Shown here piece by piece: positions 27,249 to 35,722 of a stretch of 64,000 nt of DNA; the first letter of the stretch is position 1; every line of letters begins with the position of its first letter. The stretch is from Candidatus Woesearchaeota archaeon (GTDB taxonomy: Archaea; Nanobdellota; Nanobdellia; Woesearchaeales; SKIA01). The DNA is taken from assembly GCA_043771635.1 (NCBI GenBank), contig JAYVHA010000017.1:36761-100760 (forward strand), in the 5' to 3' direction. A program made the translations under genes and the position numbers. The notes under the pieces are model-generated. The model saw only the letters and a program-made list of their open reading frames with translations, ran no database searches and had not been told where the DNA came from.

Positions 27249-27590
27249 TTACGGATGCCAATTATTAGTGCCGATTTCAACGTCAATGCGAAATGGTGAA
27301 TCGTGCAGCACTGTTTTCATTGGCGCTGATGCAAGCGGGTTGCCAAGACGTTCAAGTCGCTCGCGCGCCACGTCAAGCACTAGCATAGACAGCTCGCTTG
27401 TTGTGCCATGCAGTGCTCCCCATTCCAAGTTTACTTCATGCTTACTTGTAGGCACTGCAAAGGACTCATTTGGTTGGTAATGTGAAATCACTGCATATGG
27501 TCCTCGGCAGCGAAGCGAAGCTATTCGCTCCTCATTAGGTTTCGGGCTTGGCCAATAATGCTTGAGTGCATAGGCGGCGTGAGACAACAT
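27249..27590 (-). CDS. Hypothetical 113-aa protein
   Basis: The ATG at 27590 lies 25.5 nt from the shared TATATA at 27613-27618. No recognisable motif. Confidence 0.45.
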   Translation of the reverse strand: MLSHAAYALKHYWPSPKPNEERIASLRCRGPYAVISHYQPNESFAVPTSKHEVNLEWGALHGTTSELSMLVLDVARERLERLGNPLASAPMKTVLHDSPFRIDVEIGTNNWHP

Positions 27591-27612
27591 AAACTAGGGG
27601 TGCGGCGGCAGG

Positions 27613-27618
27613 TATATA
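27613..27618. promoter_or_regulatory. Single palindromic TATATA shared by two divergent leaderless genes
   Basis: It is centred 25.5 nt from the ATG at 27590 (minus strand) and 27.5 nt from the ATG at 27643 (plus strand, metG). Confidence 0.5.
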
Positions 27619-27642
27619 ACTGCATTGTGCTTTCAGCAGCGT

Positions 27643-29928
27643 ATGACTCGCAAAGTGCTTATTACTTCAGCGCTACCCTACGTCAACAACGTTCCGCACC
27701 TGGGAAATTTAATTGGCGCAACGCTATCCGCGGATGTATATGCGCGCTACTGTCGCAGCCGCGGCTATGAAGTGGCGTATGTGTGCGGTACTGACGATCA
27801 CGGCACCGCTACTGAAACTAAAGCCCTCCAAGAAAAAGTTACGCCGAAACAGTTGTGCGACAAGTACGCGGCGCTTCACAAACAAATTTACGATTGGTTC
27901 AACATTAGTTTTGATGTGTTTGGCCGCACAAGTGACGCGCGGCACGTGCCAGTAACGCAGCATTTGTACAATAAATTAAATGAGCACGGTTTGATTCTTG
28001 AAAAGGACTCGGAACAACTTTATAGTGAAGCAGACAAAATGTTTCTTGCAGACCGGTACGTGCTCGGTACATGTCCTAAGTGCAATTTTAAAGACGCGCG
28101 TGGTGATCAATGCGACGCTTGTGGCGCGCTCTTGTCACCAACAGAGCTAATTAATCCGCGCAGCGCTCTCTCCGGCGCGACGCCAATAATGCGAACAACG
28201 CGGCACTTGTACTTAGACCTCGCGGCGCTTCAACCGCGCCTCACGCAGTGGCTTGAGGACAAGCAGTTCAGCGATAATACTATGCGCACCACAAAAGCTT
28301 GGCTTGAGCGAGGACTCGAGCCTCGGGCGATTACGCGTGACCTAAAATGGGGCGTGCCGGTGCCGCGTGCAGGCTTTGAGCATAAGGTATTCTATGTTTG
28401 GTTTGACGCTCCCATTGGTTACATTAGTATGACGGGTGGTTTGAAAACTTCAGATGGTAAAACTGGTCAAGCTGCAATTGACTACTGGTGGCGCGATTCA
28501 AAAACGCAACTGTATCAGTTCATAGGAAAAGACAACATACCATTCCACAGCGTCATCTTTCCATCAGTACTTCTTGGATCGGAAGAAGACTGGGTGACTG
28601 TCTCTCACATTAATACAACTGAATTCCTAAACTACGAGGGCACAAAGTTCTCGAAGAGCCGCGGTATTGGTTTGTTTGGTGACAACGCAATGGCGCTTGA
28701 ATTCTCGGCAGACGCTTGGCGCTACTATCTATTAACAAACAGACCTGAGCAAGCTGACACTAACTTTAGTTGGACTGACTTTCAAGGTAAGCTAAACGGT
28801 GAACTTGTTGCAAACCTCGGCAATCTTGTTAATCGAACAATAAGTTTTATCAATCAATTTTTCGATGGCGTAATTCCTGCCAGTGCTGTGCGCGATGTGG
28901 ACACTGCCTTCCTTGCCGACGCACACAATCAAATCGAAAAAATTACGCACGAACTTGAGGGTGTAAAACTTAAGGACGCTTTGCACAGTGTGATGCGCCT
29001 CTCCATGCTTGGCAACGCATTTTTTCAAAAGCATGAACCTTGGAAAACTCGCTCTGAAAATCCGTCGGACTGTGCAGCGACGATTTCAACCCTTGCAAAC
29101 TTCCTGCTTGACTTAGCAGTAGTATTGGAGCCGTTCTTACCGGGCACTGCGAATGCGATTGCAGCGCAACTCGGAACAACCCTGCCCAAGTGGCAATCGC
29201 TTACTAGTGCTGATGTTGCAGGCTCTGACGTTGTAGGTTCTGGCAATGGCGCGCGTAGTTCACTCAAAGCAGGCCACCACGTTGCCAAAAACGAAATACT
29301 GTTTGCAAAAGTTGAAGACGCGCGCATAACAGAATTGAAAGCGCGCTTCGGCGGCGCGCAAGAAGTTACGGCTGTGGCAAAGCCTGCTTTAAAGTCGCAC
29401 GCTGTACCTGCCTCCAAGAATGCAGCTCCGCCTGTAGTAATTAGCGCAGCAGACGCTTGGAGCGCAATTGAACTTGTTGTTGGTAAAATTACTTCAGTTG
29501 AGCGTCACCCAAACGCAGACAAACTGTTTGTTGAGCGCGTGGATCTTGGTTCTCGCGGTGAGCGTACAATTGTGTCCGGACTTGCGGCTCACTACGAAAC
29601 AGGCGGCCTACTTGGCAAAACAATCGTAATTGTAGCGAACTTAGCGCCGGCTAAATTACGTGGTGTTGTGAGCGAAGGAATGTTGCTTGCAGCGGAGAAC
29701 TCTGAAGGTATTGTGGGTGTTGTAGAAACTGACGCTGCGCCAGGCACGCTTGTTACTTTTGCCGGCGAGCCTCACGGAATGCCTGACGGTGCCGCGGTTA
29801 CGTATGATACATTTTCCGCGATAACGCTTACGCAGCGCGAAGACGGACTATACTGTGATGAGAATAAAGTTCACGCAGGCACACACGGGCTGCGCGCTGA
29901 CAAGAATGTAATTGGGCGCGTGCGCTAG
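27643..29928 (+). CDS. metG: Methionyl-tRNA synthetase with a C-terminal Trbp111/EMAP-like tRNA-binding domain
   Basis: 'ALPYVNNVPHLGNLIG' is the HIGH region and 'KFSKSRG' is KMSKS. There is a Zn knuckle 'CPKC...CDAC'. The C-terminal 'VERHPNADKLFVERVDLG' is the tRNA-binding domain. Confidence 0.95.
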   Translation: MTRKVLITSALPYVNNVPHLGNLIGATLSADVYARYCRSRGYEVAYVCGTDDHGTATETKALQEKVTPKQLCDKYAALHKQIYDWFNISFDVFGRTSDARHVPVTQHLYNKLNEHGLILEKDSEQLYSEADKMFLADRYVLGTCPKCNFKDARGDQCDACGALLSPTELINPRSALSGATPIMRTTRHLYLDLAALQPRLTQWLEDKQFSDNTMRTTKAWLERGLEPRAITRDLKWGVPVPRAGFEHKVFYVWFDAPIGYISMTGGLKTSDGKTGQAAIDYWWRDSKTQLYQFIGKDNIPFHSVIFPSVLLGSEEDWVTVSHINTTEFLNYEGTKFSKSRGIGLFGDNAMALEFSADAWRYYLLTNRPEQADTNFSWTDFQGKLNGELVANLGNLVNRTISFINQFFDGVIPASAVRDVDTAFLADAHNQIEKITHELEGVKLKDALHSVMRLSMLGNAFFQKHEPWKTRSENPSDCAATISTLANFLLDLAVVLEPFLPGTANAIAAQLGTTLPKWQSLTSADVAGSDVVGSGNGARSSLKAGHHVAKNEILFAKVEDARITELKARFGGAQEVTAVAKPALKSHAVPASKNAAPPVVISAADAWSAIELVVGKITSVERHPNADKLFVERVDLGSRGERTIVSGLAAHYETGGLLGKTIVIVANLAPAKLRGVVSEGMLLAAENSEGIVGVVETDAAPGTLVTFAGEPHGMPDGAAVTYDTFSAITLTQREDGLYCDENKVHAGTHGLRADKNVIGRVR

Positions 29929-29930
29929 AT

Positions 29931-30653
29931 TTATTTTTTTAATTGTACAATTAGTCGGTCTACATATAGCTGAAGTTCCGCAGCTAATTCATTAATGCCG
30001 AGCTCGGCCTCCATAGTCTTGAGTCGCTGCGGTTCGCGCTCCGCACGCTCGAGGAACGCTTCCCGAATTTTTGCGAAGCGCTGCACTTCTTGCTCGTCAA
30101 CGCGAATCTCATTTTGATCAATAATACTAGTGCGCTTGCGCGCTTCGCTGCGTTGCCTGAAAGTATGCTCGCTTATCATCAGCACGATTGTTTTTGTTGG
30201 CGCGAAGTCGCCGATTAGGAGTTTGCGTAGCGTGTCCATCCATGCCTCGTCCAGGCCTCGAAGCGCGCATTGGTAAACGTAGGACGAGTCGTAGTCACGG
30301 CTGCCTAGAACTATTGCGCCGGCTGCGAGTGCAGGTTTGACAAACGTTTCGTGGTGGTGGCTTCGGTCAGCCCAGTACAGCATTGCTTCAGCTTTTATGG
30401 TAAACTGAGGCCGTAAGTCGGGTCTAAGTAGAACTTCGCGAATTGCTGCGCCAATTGCAGTCCCGCCTGGTTGCCTCGTTTCAAAAACCAGGTAGCCTTG
30501 GTTTCTTAAGTGAGTTGCGAGCAAAGTTAGCTGAGTGCTTTTGCCGGTGCAGGACGGGCCTTCAATTGTCAAGTATATTCCACCTGGAACGGTGCGCGTC
30601 GGGTTCGCTTCCCCATTTTGCTTTCCAGCGAGCGGCAATTGGATTTCAGACAT
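29931..30653 (-). CDS. tmk: Thymidylate kinase
   Basis: The P-loop is 'IEGPSCTGKSTQ', with 'TRQPGGT' downstream. The ATG at 30653 is preferred over the TTG at 30662. Confidence 0.85.
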   Translation of the reverse strand: MSEIQLPLAGKQNGEANPTRTVPGGIYLTIEGPSCTGKSTQLTLLATHLRNQGYLVFETRQPGGTAIGAAIREVLLRPDLRPQFTIKAEAMLYWADRSHHHETFVKPALAAGAIVLGSRDYDSSYVYQCALRGLDEAWMDTLRKLLIGDFAPTKTIVLMISEHTFRQRSEARKRTSIIDQNEIRVDEQEVQRFAKIREAFLERAEREPQRLKTMEAELGINELAAELQLYVDRLIVQLKK

Positions 30654-30817
30654 GGCGCTCAATTGGATTGCTCTCTTTTTGTAGTAATCGCGCTTCCAGT
30701 GCAGCTATTGCAACTTCTATGTTCGCGATATTTTTGAGCTGCAAAAGTGGCTTGTTTGCCTCCAGACGCGATGGAGAAACCATATAAATCAACTCGGCGA
30801 AAAATGACTCGATACGG

Positions 30818-33800
30818 ATGCAGTACTATAGTGGTTCGCAGTCGGCTAAGCCTCTCCTGCTAGTTTGCTCCTTAATTTTTCTTATTGCTTTGGTAATCCC
30901 GGGCGCTACGGCTGTCGCTAAAATAACTGCTATAGAGTACGAAGGAACCGGACTTGTAAAAGTCGGCACACAGTACTTCATTATTCCTGACACTGTGGTT
31001 GATGGTGTACTACGCTTCACCGTTGATGAAGACACAACTGCATTAGTTATTGACATTGCTGGCCTTGATCAACGCTTAACTGATTCTTTGGCAAATACAA
31101 TTTCTACGAACCGTTGCGAAGAAAATGTATGTTCAATTCCAGTTGAATTCTTTGCAAAGAAGGGTTCTACTAAGAAACTAAGTTGGACTTGGGCTGACGT
31201 TGGCGGGCGCGCGAACACTGTTACTTCTACCATAGGGTTTGATACTGTGGCGCCGAAGCTTGATACAATCGGCACTGGTACTTGCAAAGTCGATTGTGCA
31301 GTTAAATCTGGCTCGAACGTTATTGTTGCGTATTTTACTGAAGCGGGACTCGGAATGAATCCTGCCACGACTAAATTAATCACTCCTGATGGTACAGTTT
31401 CTGCAACGTCGTGCGAGCGCGTGTCGTGTAAATTTAATGTTGAGTTAACGACAGGTGCGGAGGGCGATGTTGAATTTTCAATTGACCCCGTGTCAACAGA
31501 CCGAGCAGGGAATAAGGTTACTGGCGCCGATAAAAAATTCAATTTAGTAGTTGATAATGTAAAGCCGCGTATTCTTGGGATTACCGTTAAGCAGGGCAGC
31601 TCTGTAGTTCCAATTATTACTGGACCATTTACAGTTGCTATTAAAGTAAGTGACGAGTCTGCAGTTACTGGGTTTATTGATGCACGCGATGTTACTGGCT
31701 CCGCGGAAAAAGTAGAATTGAAATGTGCAAATGGGACTTGTCAGGCAGAGCTGAAACCAAAACTTGCACAAGGCGCAAAAACTGTATCTATAAGTATTGT
31801 TGATGCTGCCGGTAACACCGAATCCGCGGAGCGCACGGTTTCCATTGCGCGCCTTGTTGATGGAACGCCTGGAACTTATAGTACCACTGTTAAGATGTCG
31901 CCGGACACGATTGATGTAAACGCAGCTTCTTTGTTTACTACGAAAACGTTTATGGAAGTCAGTTTAATTCCGGAAGAAGGCGGTGAAGTTGCGTTTGTTC
32001 GCGCTACTAAGTGCGGGTTTAAAGTTGGAACACAGAACGCGCCACTAGCATTGCAGCAAACTGCACCTACAATTTTTGGTGCTTCAACTGATACACCTGT
32101 GCTTGCTTTGAACATCAAACCAATCGGCACGAATCTCGATGCGCGCTCTGGTACATTAATAATTACTTGCGAGCTTGAAGTGCGCTCTTACTCTAATGGT
32201 GAACTACTCAAGAACGCAACCAAAGTTAATGCAACAGGTCGTTTGCAAATAATTTCTAATCCGCTCGCGCCGGCAAAAGTAAAGGTATTGCAGAAAGAGG
32301 CGGCTGAACGTCAATTGAAGATTGACAAGGCTATTGGTGGAATAAACAAAGCTTATTCAGCAGGTCGAACGTTCTGCGAGCTTTATCAAACTGGACACCA
32401 AGTTCAGTCTGTCCTCGGCGGGGTAACAAGTACATTCGCAGGTATAGGAAATTTCTGGGCGCCGGCAAAGATTGTTGCGCGAGGTGCGGAGCAAGGAGGA
32501 AAGGCTATAGCGAAACCCATGGCTAAATTAGAAAAGGCAAACAACGGTAAAAAGTTCTGCAACATGCTCACTTGCAGTGCGCCAGGATTAGCCAATGAAC
32601 AAATTAGTGACTTCATGACTTTCGGTCTAGATGGAAATAACAATAAAGGTCGATCTGACAAAATTGCTAAATTTATGACAGGGGACAATAACGGAAATTC
32701 AAATGCATTCTTAGATCCTTACAAGTCGCTGCCAATTGCTTTAACTCAAGCATGCGTGCCTGCTGTCATGCACCACCTTAACACGTGGCGAAGCATCGAA
32801 TGTTCATACTCTCAGTGCATACAAAAAGACGTTCCAACAGGAGTGCCAGTAACTGTTTGTAGACAAGAGCGTCAATTCCAGCTATGTACAAAAGTAACTG
32901 GATCAGTGTTTTACATTACGCCATTTGGCGCTTTGCAAATGCTACGGGACCGCGTTGTAAAGTATTTGTCGGATCCAGTACTGCAGGGGTCTTTGATAAT
33001 TTATGAGAGTTGCTTTAAGTTAAGCGAGGGAAATGAAGCAGCCATGGTTGCAAGTGGTTCATGCCGCTTGTACCGCGGTATAAAAAATGCTAATAATTAT
33101 GCGCAATCCGTAAGCGGCATAGTTCAGGCAGCTAAGGCTTTCCAATCTCCAAAAGATTGCACTGTTTCCACGGCGTTTGAAGACCCGTACTTCAACCAAG
33201 CAGACCCTGAAGCATACTGCACCTCAAGCTTCTGTACTTCAGGGCCGTACGTTGGATATCCTGCAAGTACAACAACAGGCTTTGAATCAGGAGGTAAGGA
33301 TCAGGAAGATATTCCTATTGTAGAAATAAAGACACAGTACGCTGTTATTGTTCCGCAGAGCGGCAGTCCTAGTAACAATGCAAATCAAGTAAAAGCAGCT
33401 GGTGGTTCATTATTGGATCGAGATGAGCAGAAGCGTGTGGCAGCAACAATTACTGATCCGAAAGTTCGAGCAGAATTCGAAAAAGGCACTATAGCATTTA
33501 TGAAAGTTGATGAGAAAGTTGTAGCTGCTGATCATCGTGAAAACATAGCCCGAGGAGTAAGTCAAATTGCAGCTAATACCGAACTGTTCAAAGACAGTAA
33601 TGCGATGAAGGACATACAGGACAAAATTGATACTAATCGAGCTGAAATAGCGAAGCTTAAAGCGCCGCAAGCAACTCCTGATATTAAATTACCTGATCCT
33701 AAAACGATAGCTATTAGCGATTCGGTTGTAGGTAGCACGCAGCCAGTAATTAATACACGAGGCTTCCCAGTGTTTGCTGTGCCTAAACCTGAAGAAGTTA

Positions 33801-35722
33801 AAGTGCCTGACGTTAAAAGTCAAAATCCTGTTATAGATCATTTAGCCGAAGTAAAAAATTCTCTACCTAGAGGTAAGACTGGTGACATTAACCAAGTTTC
33901 GAAATTGGTTCCTTCGACACTTTCATACGGAATGGGTCCAGTTGAAAGTATCCGTTATATTGACAATACTAATGGTGGTATGATGACTCAGTATGATGCG
34001 GTAGTAATTTACAAAAGTGGTGATGTTATTGCTTTAAGCGGTGAAGTCATCGATAACAAATGGGTAATCAAAAGTACAATTGGTGAGGCAAAAGGTAGTT
34101 CGGCTGTTATCAAAGAATTAACTCTTACTGGAGAAATAGGGTCAAAAATAGCTATTGGTGAGTCTAAATTTACTAGGTCAGGTAGTACTGAACGAAAGGT
34201 AGGTGAGTCTCAGCCCGATCCTACAAAGAAAGAAACGCCGCCTCCTGCCGTAAAGACCGCCGACACACCAGCGCAACAGAAGGCTGCAATGGAAGCTTGG
34301 ATTGATATAAACATTAGAGATGCAAGCCTCAAGAAGGAAATGTTAACTGACATTAAAACTGAAAGTTTGAAAACCAATCCGAATTATGTTTCCTTATCGA
34401 CTACGCTAAAGACTAAAGCTGACAATTATATAGCTACTTCTGCCGTAACTAAAAACGGAATCCCTGCGCCACCAGTTCCCGGAGCGTCTGATCAAGTTGT
34501 AAATACGCAAATGGAACTGGTAGAATGGGCTAAAAAGCAGGGAATTACTTCGGATGAATTGTATGCTGCCTTTGCCGACAACGGAGCTAACCAGGAGAAT
34601 ATTGCAAATGGCGACCCTGCAGGAGTCAAGGCAGCTATGTATGAAGCTGCTAAAACTTTAGCAGCAAAGCAAGCAGTTCGTAAGGAACTTCTGCAAGGCA
34701 CCTGGACGCTTGCGCGCGCTGAACAGGCAAATAAGGAAGAAGCACAGAAATACGTAAAAAATGTTGCTGAAGCTAAGGTAAAATTATACGCTGATGATTT
34801 GGTTAAGTTCCGCCCAGACCTTGACGAAGCAGCCAAAACTATCCTTGTCGCAGATTATCAGAAAAAGGTTAATGAAATAATGGCTGCTGATACAAGTGCA
34901 ACGCAGAAAGATCTAAGTCTTACAGCTGCGGCAAAGGAGTTCGAAGAAAAGAATATCAAACCGCAGCGCGATGCAGCATTAAAAGAGAGGCAAGCGCAAG
35001 ACCTAAAGAACGAGAGAGAGAAGAGAGAAGTTGCAGATTATATTAAGCGTTCCAGAAAAGGATCAGGCGAGAAGTTTATTGATTCGCTAGGATTTGGATT
35101 GCAGACGTCGTCAACAGTTAGTATGTTGTCCAACTTCGGTTTTGCAAAGGGCCTTAGGGGCGCGACAACCTGGCCCTGGGAAGAGGATTTAACAGTTGGC
35201 GGCGACTGGGCTCAGAAGTTCTCAGAAGAAGTGTGCTTGGGTACAAGCGCGCGCCGCTCCCCAGAGTCGCTTACAATTAATACTAATGGACAAGTAGGCT
35301 TGACGTTTAATGCAGTGAGAGTTACTAGTGTAGAGCAAAGAATTGTAGACGCATTAAACGAGCTTAGTAAGCTCGATGAGGAACTAGGCGTGTCCGTTCC
35401 GCCTGCGGAGCTTACTGAAGTGCCAAAGTTCAGGTACATCATTAGCGGTCGCATCGCGACTATGCCACTTGAAGATGAATCTGAAGAACCGATCACTTAC
35501 GCACTAACTCTTGACGGTTCAGAAGGACGAAGCAATCGCTTAGCAGAAAACAGTTTGCAACCTGGCGCAACGGTAAGTTGGTCCGGAGCATCAAGAATTA
35601 AGCTAGAATCAACCACGCGCTATGACCGAGTATGCGTGGAATTCAGCGTACCAATAAAAACACTCTACCCGAGAAGCGAAATTGATGGCAATGAAGCATG
35701 TTTGCCTATTGGAGACAACTAA
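30818..35722 (+). CDS. Giant (1634 aa) secreted or membrane-anchored surface protein. It has N-terminal Ig-like repeats, a Cys-rich module, a Lys/Ala/Glu-rich helical region and a C-terminal domain.
   Basis: The N-terminal hydrophobic segment is 'LLLVCSLIFLIALVIPGATAVA'. Repeats carry 'DTVAPKL' / 'DNVKPRI' and paired Cys residues. There are 13 Cys between 32372 and 33240. Confidence 0.8.
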   Translation: MQYYSGSQSAKPLLLVCSLIFLIALVIPGATAVAKITAIEYEGTGLVKVGTQYFIIPDTVVDGVLRFTVDEDTTALVIDIAGLDQRLTDSLANTISTNRCEENVCSIPVEFFAKKGSTKKLSWTWADVGGRANTVTSTIGFDTVAPKLDTIGTGTCKVDCAVKSGSNVIVAYFTEAGLGMNPATTKLITPDGTVSATSCERVSCKFNVELTTGAEGDVEFSIDPVSTDRAGNKVTGADKKFNLVVDNVKPRILGITVKQGSSVVPIITGPFTVAIKVSDESAVTGFIDARDVTGSAEKVELKCANGTCQAELKPKLAQGAKTVSISIVDAAGNTESAERTVSIARLVDGTPGTYSTTVKMSPDTIDVNAASLFTTKTFMEVSLIPEEGGEVAFVRATKCGFKVGTQNAPLALQQTAPTIFGASTDTPVLALNIKPIGTNLDARSGTLIITCELEVRSYSNGELLKNATKVNATGRLQIISNPLAPAKVKVLQKEAAERQLKIDKAIGGINKAYSAGRTFCELYQTGHQVQSVLGGVTSTFAGIGNFWAPAKIVARGAEQGGKAIAKPMAKLEKANNGKKFCNMLTCSAPGLANEQISDFMTFGLDGNNNKGRSDKIAKFMTGDNNGNSNAFLDPYKSLPIALTQACVPAVMHHLNTWRSIECSYSQCIQKDVPTGVPVTVCRQERQFQLCTKVTGSVFYITPFGALQMLRDRVVKYLSDPVLQGSLIIYESCFKLSEGNEAAMVASGSCRLYRGIKNANNYAQSVSGIVQAAKAFQSPKDCTVSTAFEDPYFNQADPEAYCTSSFCTSGPYVGYPASTTTGFESGGKDQEDIPIVEIKTQYAVIVPQSGSPSNNANQVKAAGGSLLDRDEQKRVAATITDPKVRAEFEKGTIAFMKVDEKVVAADHRENIARGVSQIAANTELFKDSNAMKDIQDKIDTNRAEIAKLKAPQATPDIKLPDPKTIAISDSVVGSTQPVINTRGFPVFAVPKPEEVKVPDVKSQNPVIDHLAEVKNSLPRGKTGDINQVSKLVPSTLSYGMGPVESIRYIDNTNGGMMTQYDAVVIYKSGDVIALSGEVIDNKWVIKSTIGEAKGSSAVIKELTLTGEIGSKIAIGESKFTRSGSTERKVGESQPDPTKKETPPPAVKTADTPAQQKAAMEAWIDINIRDASLKKEMLTDIKTESLKTNPNYVSLSTTLKTKADNYIATSAVTKNGIPAPPVPGASDQVVNTQMELVEWAKKQGITSDELYAAFADNGANQENIANGDPAGVKAAMYEAAKTLAAKQAVRKELLQGTWTLARAEQANKEEAQKYVKNVAEAKVKLYADDLVKFRPDLDEAAKTILVADYQKKVNEIMAADTSATQKDLSLTAAAKEFEEKNIKPQRDAALKERQAQDLKNEREKREVADYIKRSRKGSGEKFIDSLGFGLQTSSTVSMLSNFGFAKGLRGATTWPWEEDLTVGGDWAQKFSEEVCLGTSARRSPESLTINTNGQVGLTFNAVRVTSVEQRIVDALNELSKLDEELGVSVPPAELTEVPKFRYIISGRIATMPLEDESEEPITYALTLDGSEGRSNRLAENSLQPGATVSWSGASRIKLESTTRYDRVCVEFSVPIKTLYPRSEIDGNEACLPIGDN

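Noticed and set aside
27199-27480. 93-aa plus-strand ORF opposite the 113-aa minus-strand ORF
   Set aside because: Only the minus-strand ORF has a start codon at TATA-consistent distance (25.5 nt). The plus-strand ORF has no such signal. Neither has motifs, so even the retained call has low confidence.
29025-29417. 130-aa minus-strand ORF inside metG
   Set aside because: It is antisense to methionyl-tRNA synthetase and is a shadow ORF.
30443-30787. 114-aa plus-strand ORF spanning the tmk 5' end and the intergenic region
   Set aside because: Most of it is antisense to tmk. The remainder is the promoter region of the giant gene, and it has no motif.
31069-35496. Multiple minus-strand ORFs (60-157 aa) inside the giant gene
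   Set aside because: All are antisense to a 4.9-kb uninterrupted ORF. They are expected by chance in such a long gene, and none has signals of its own.
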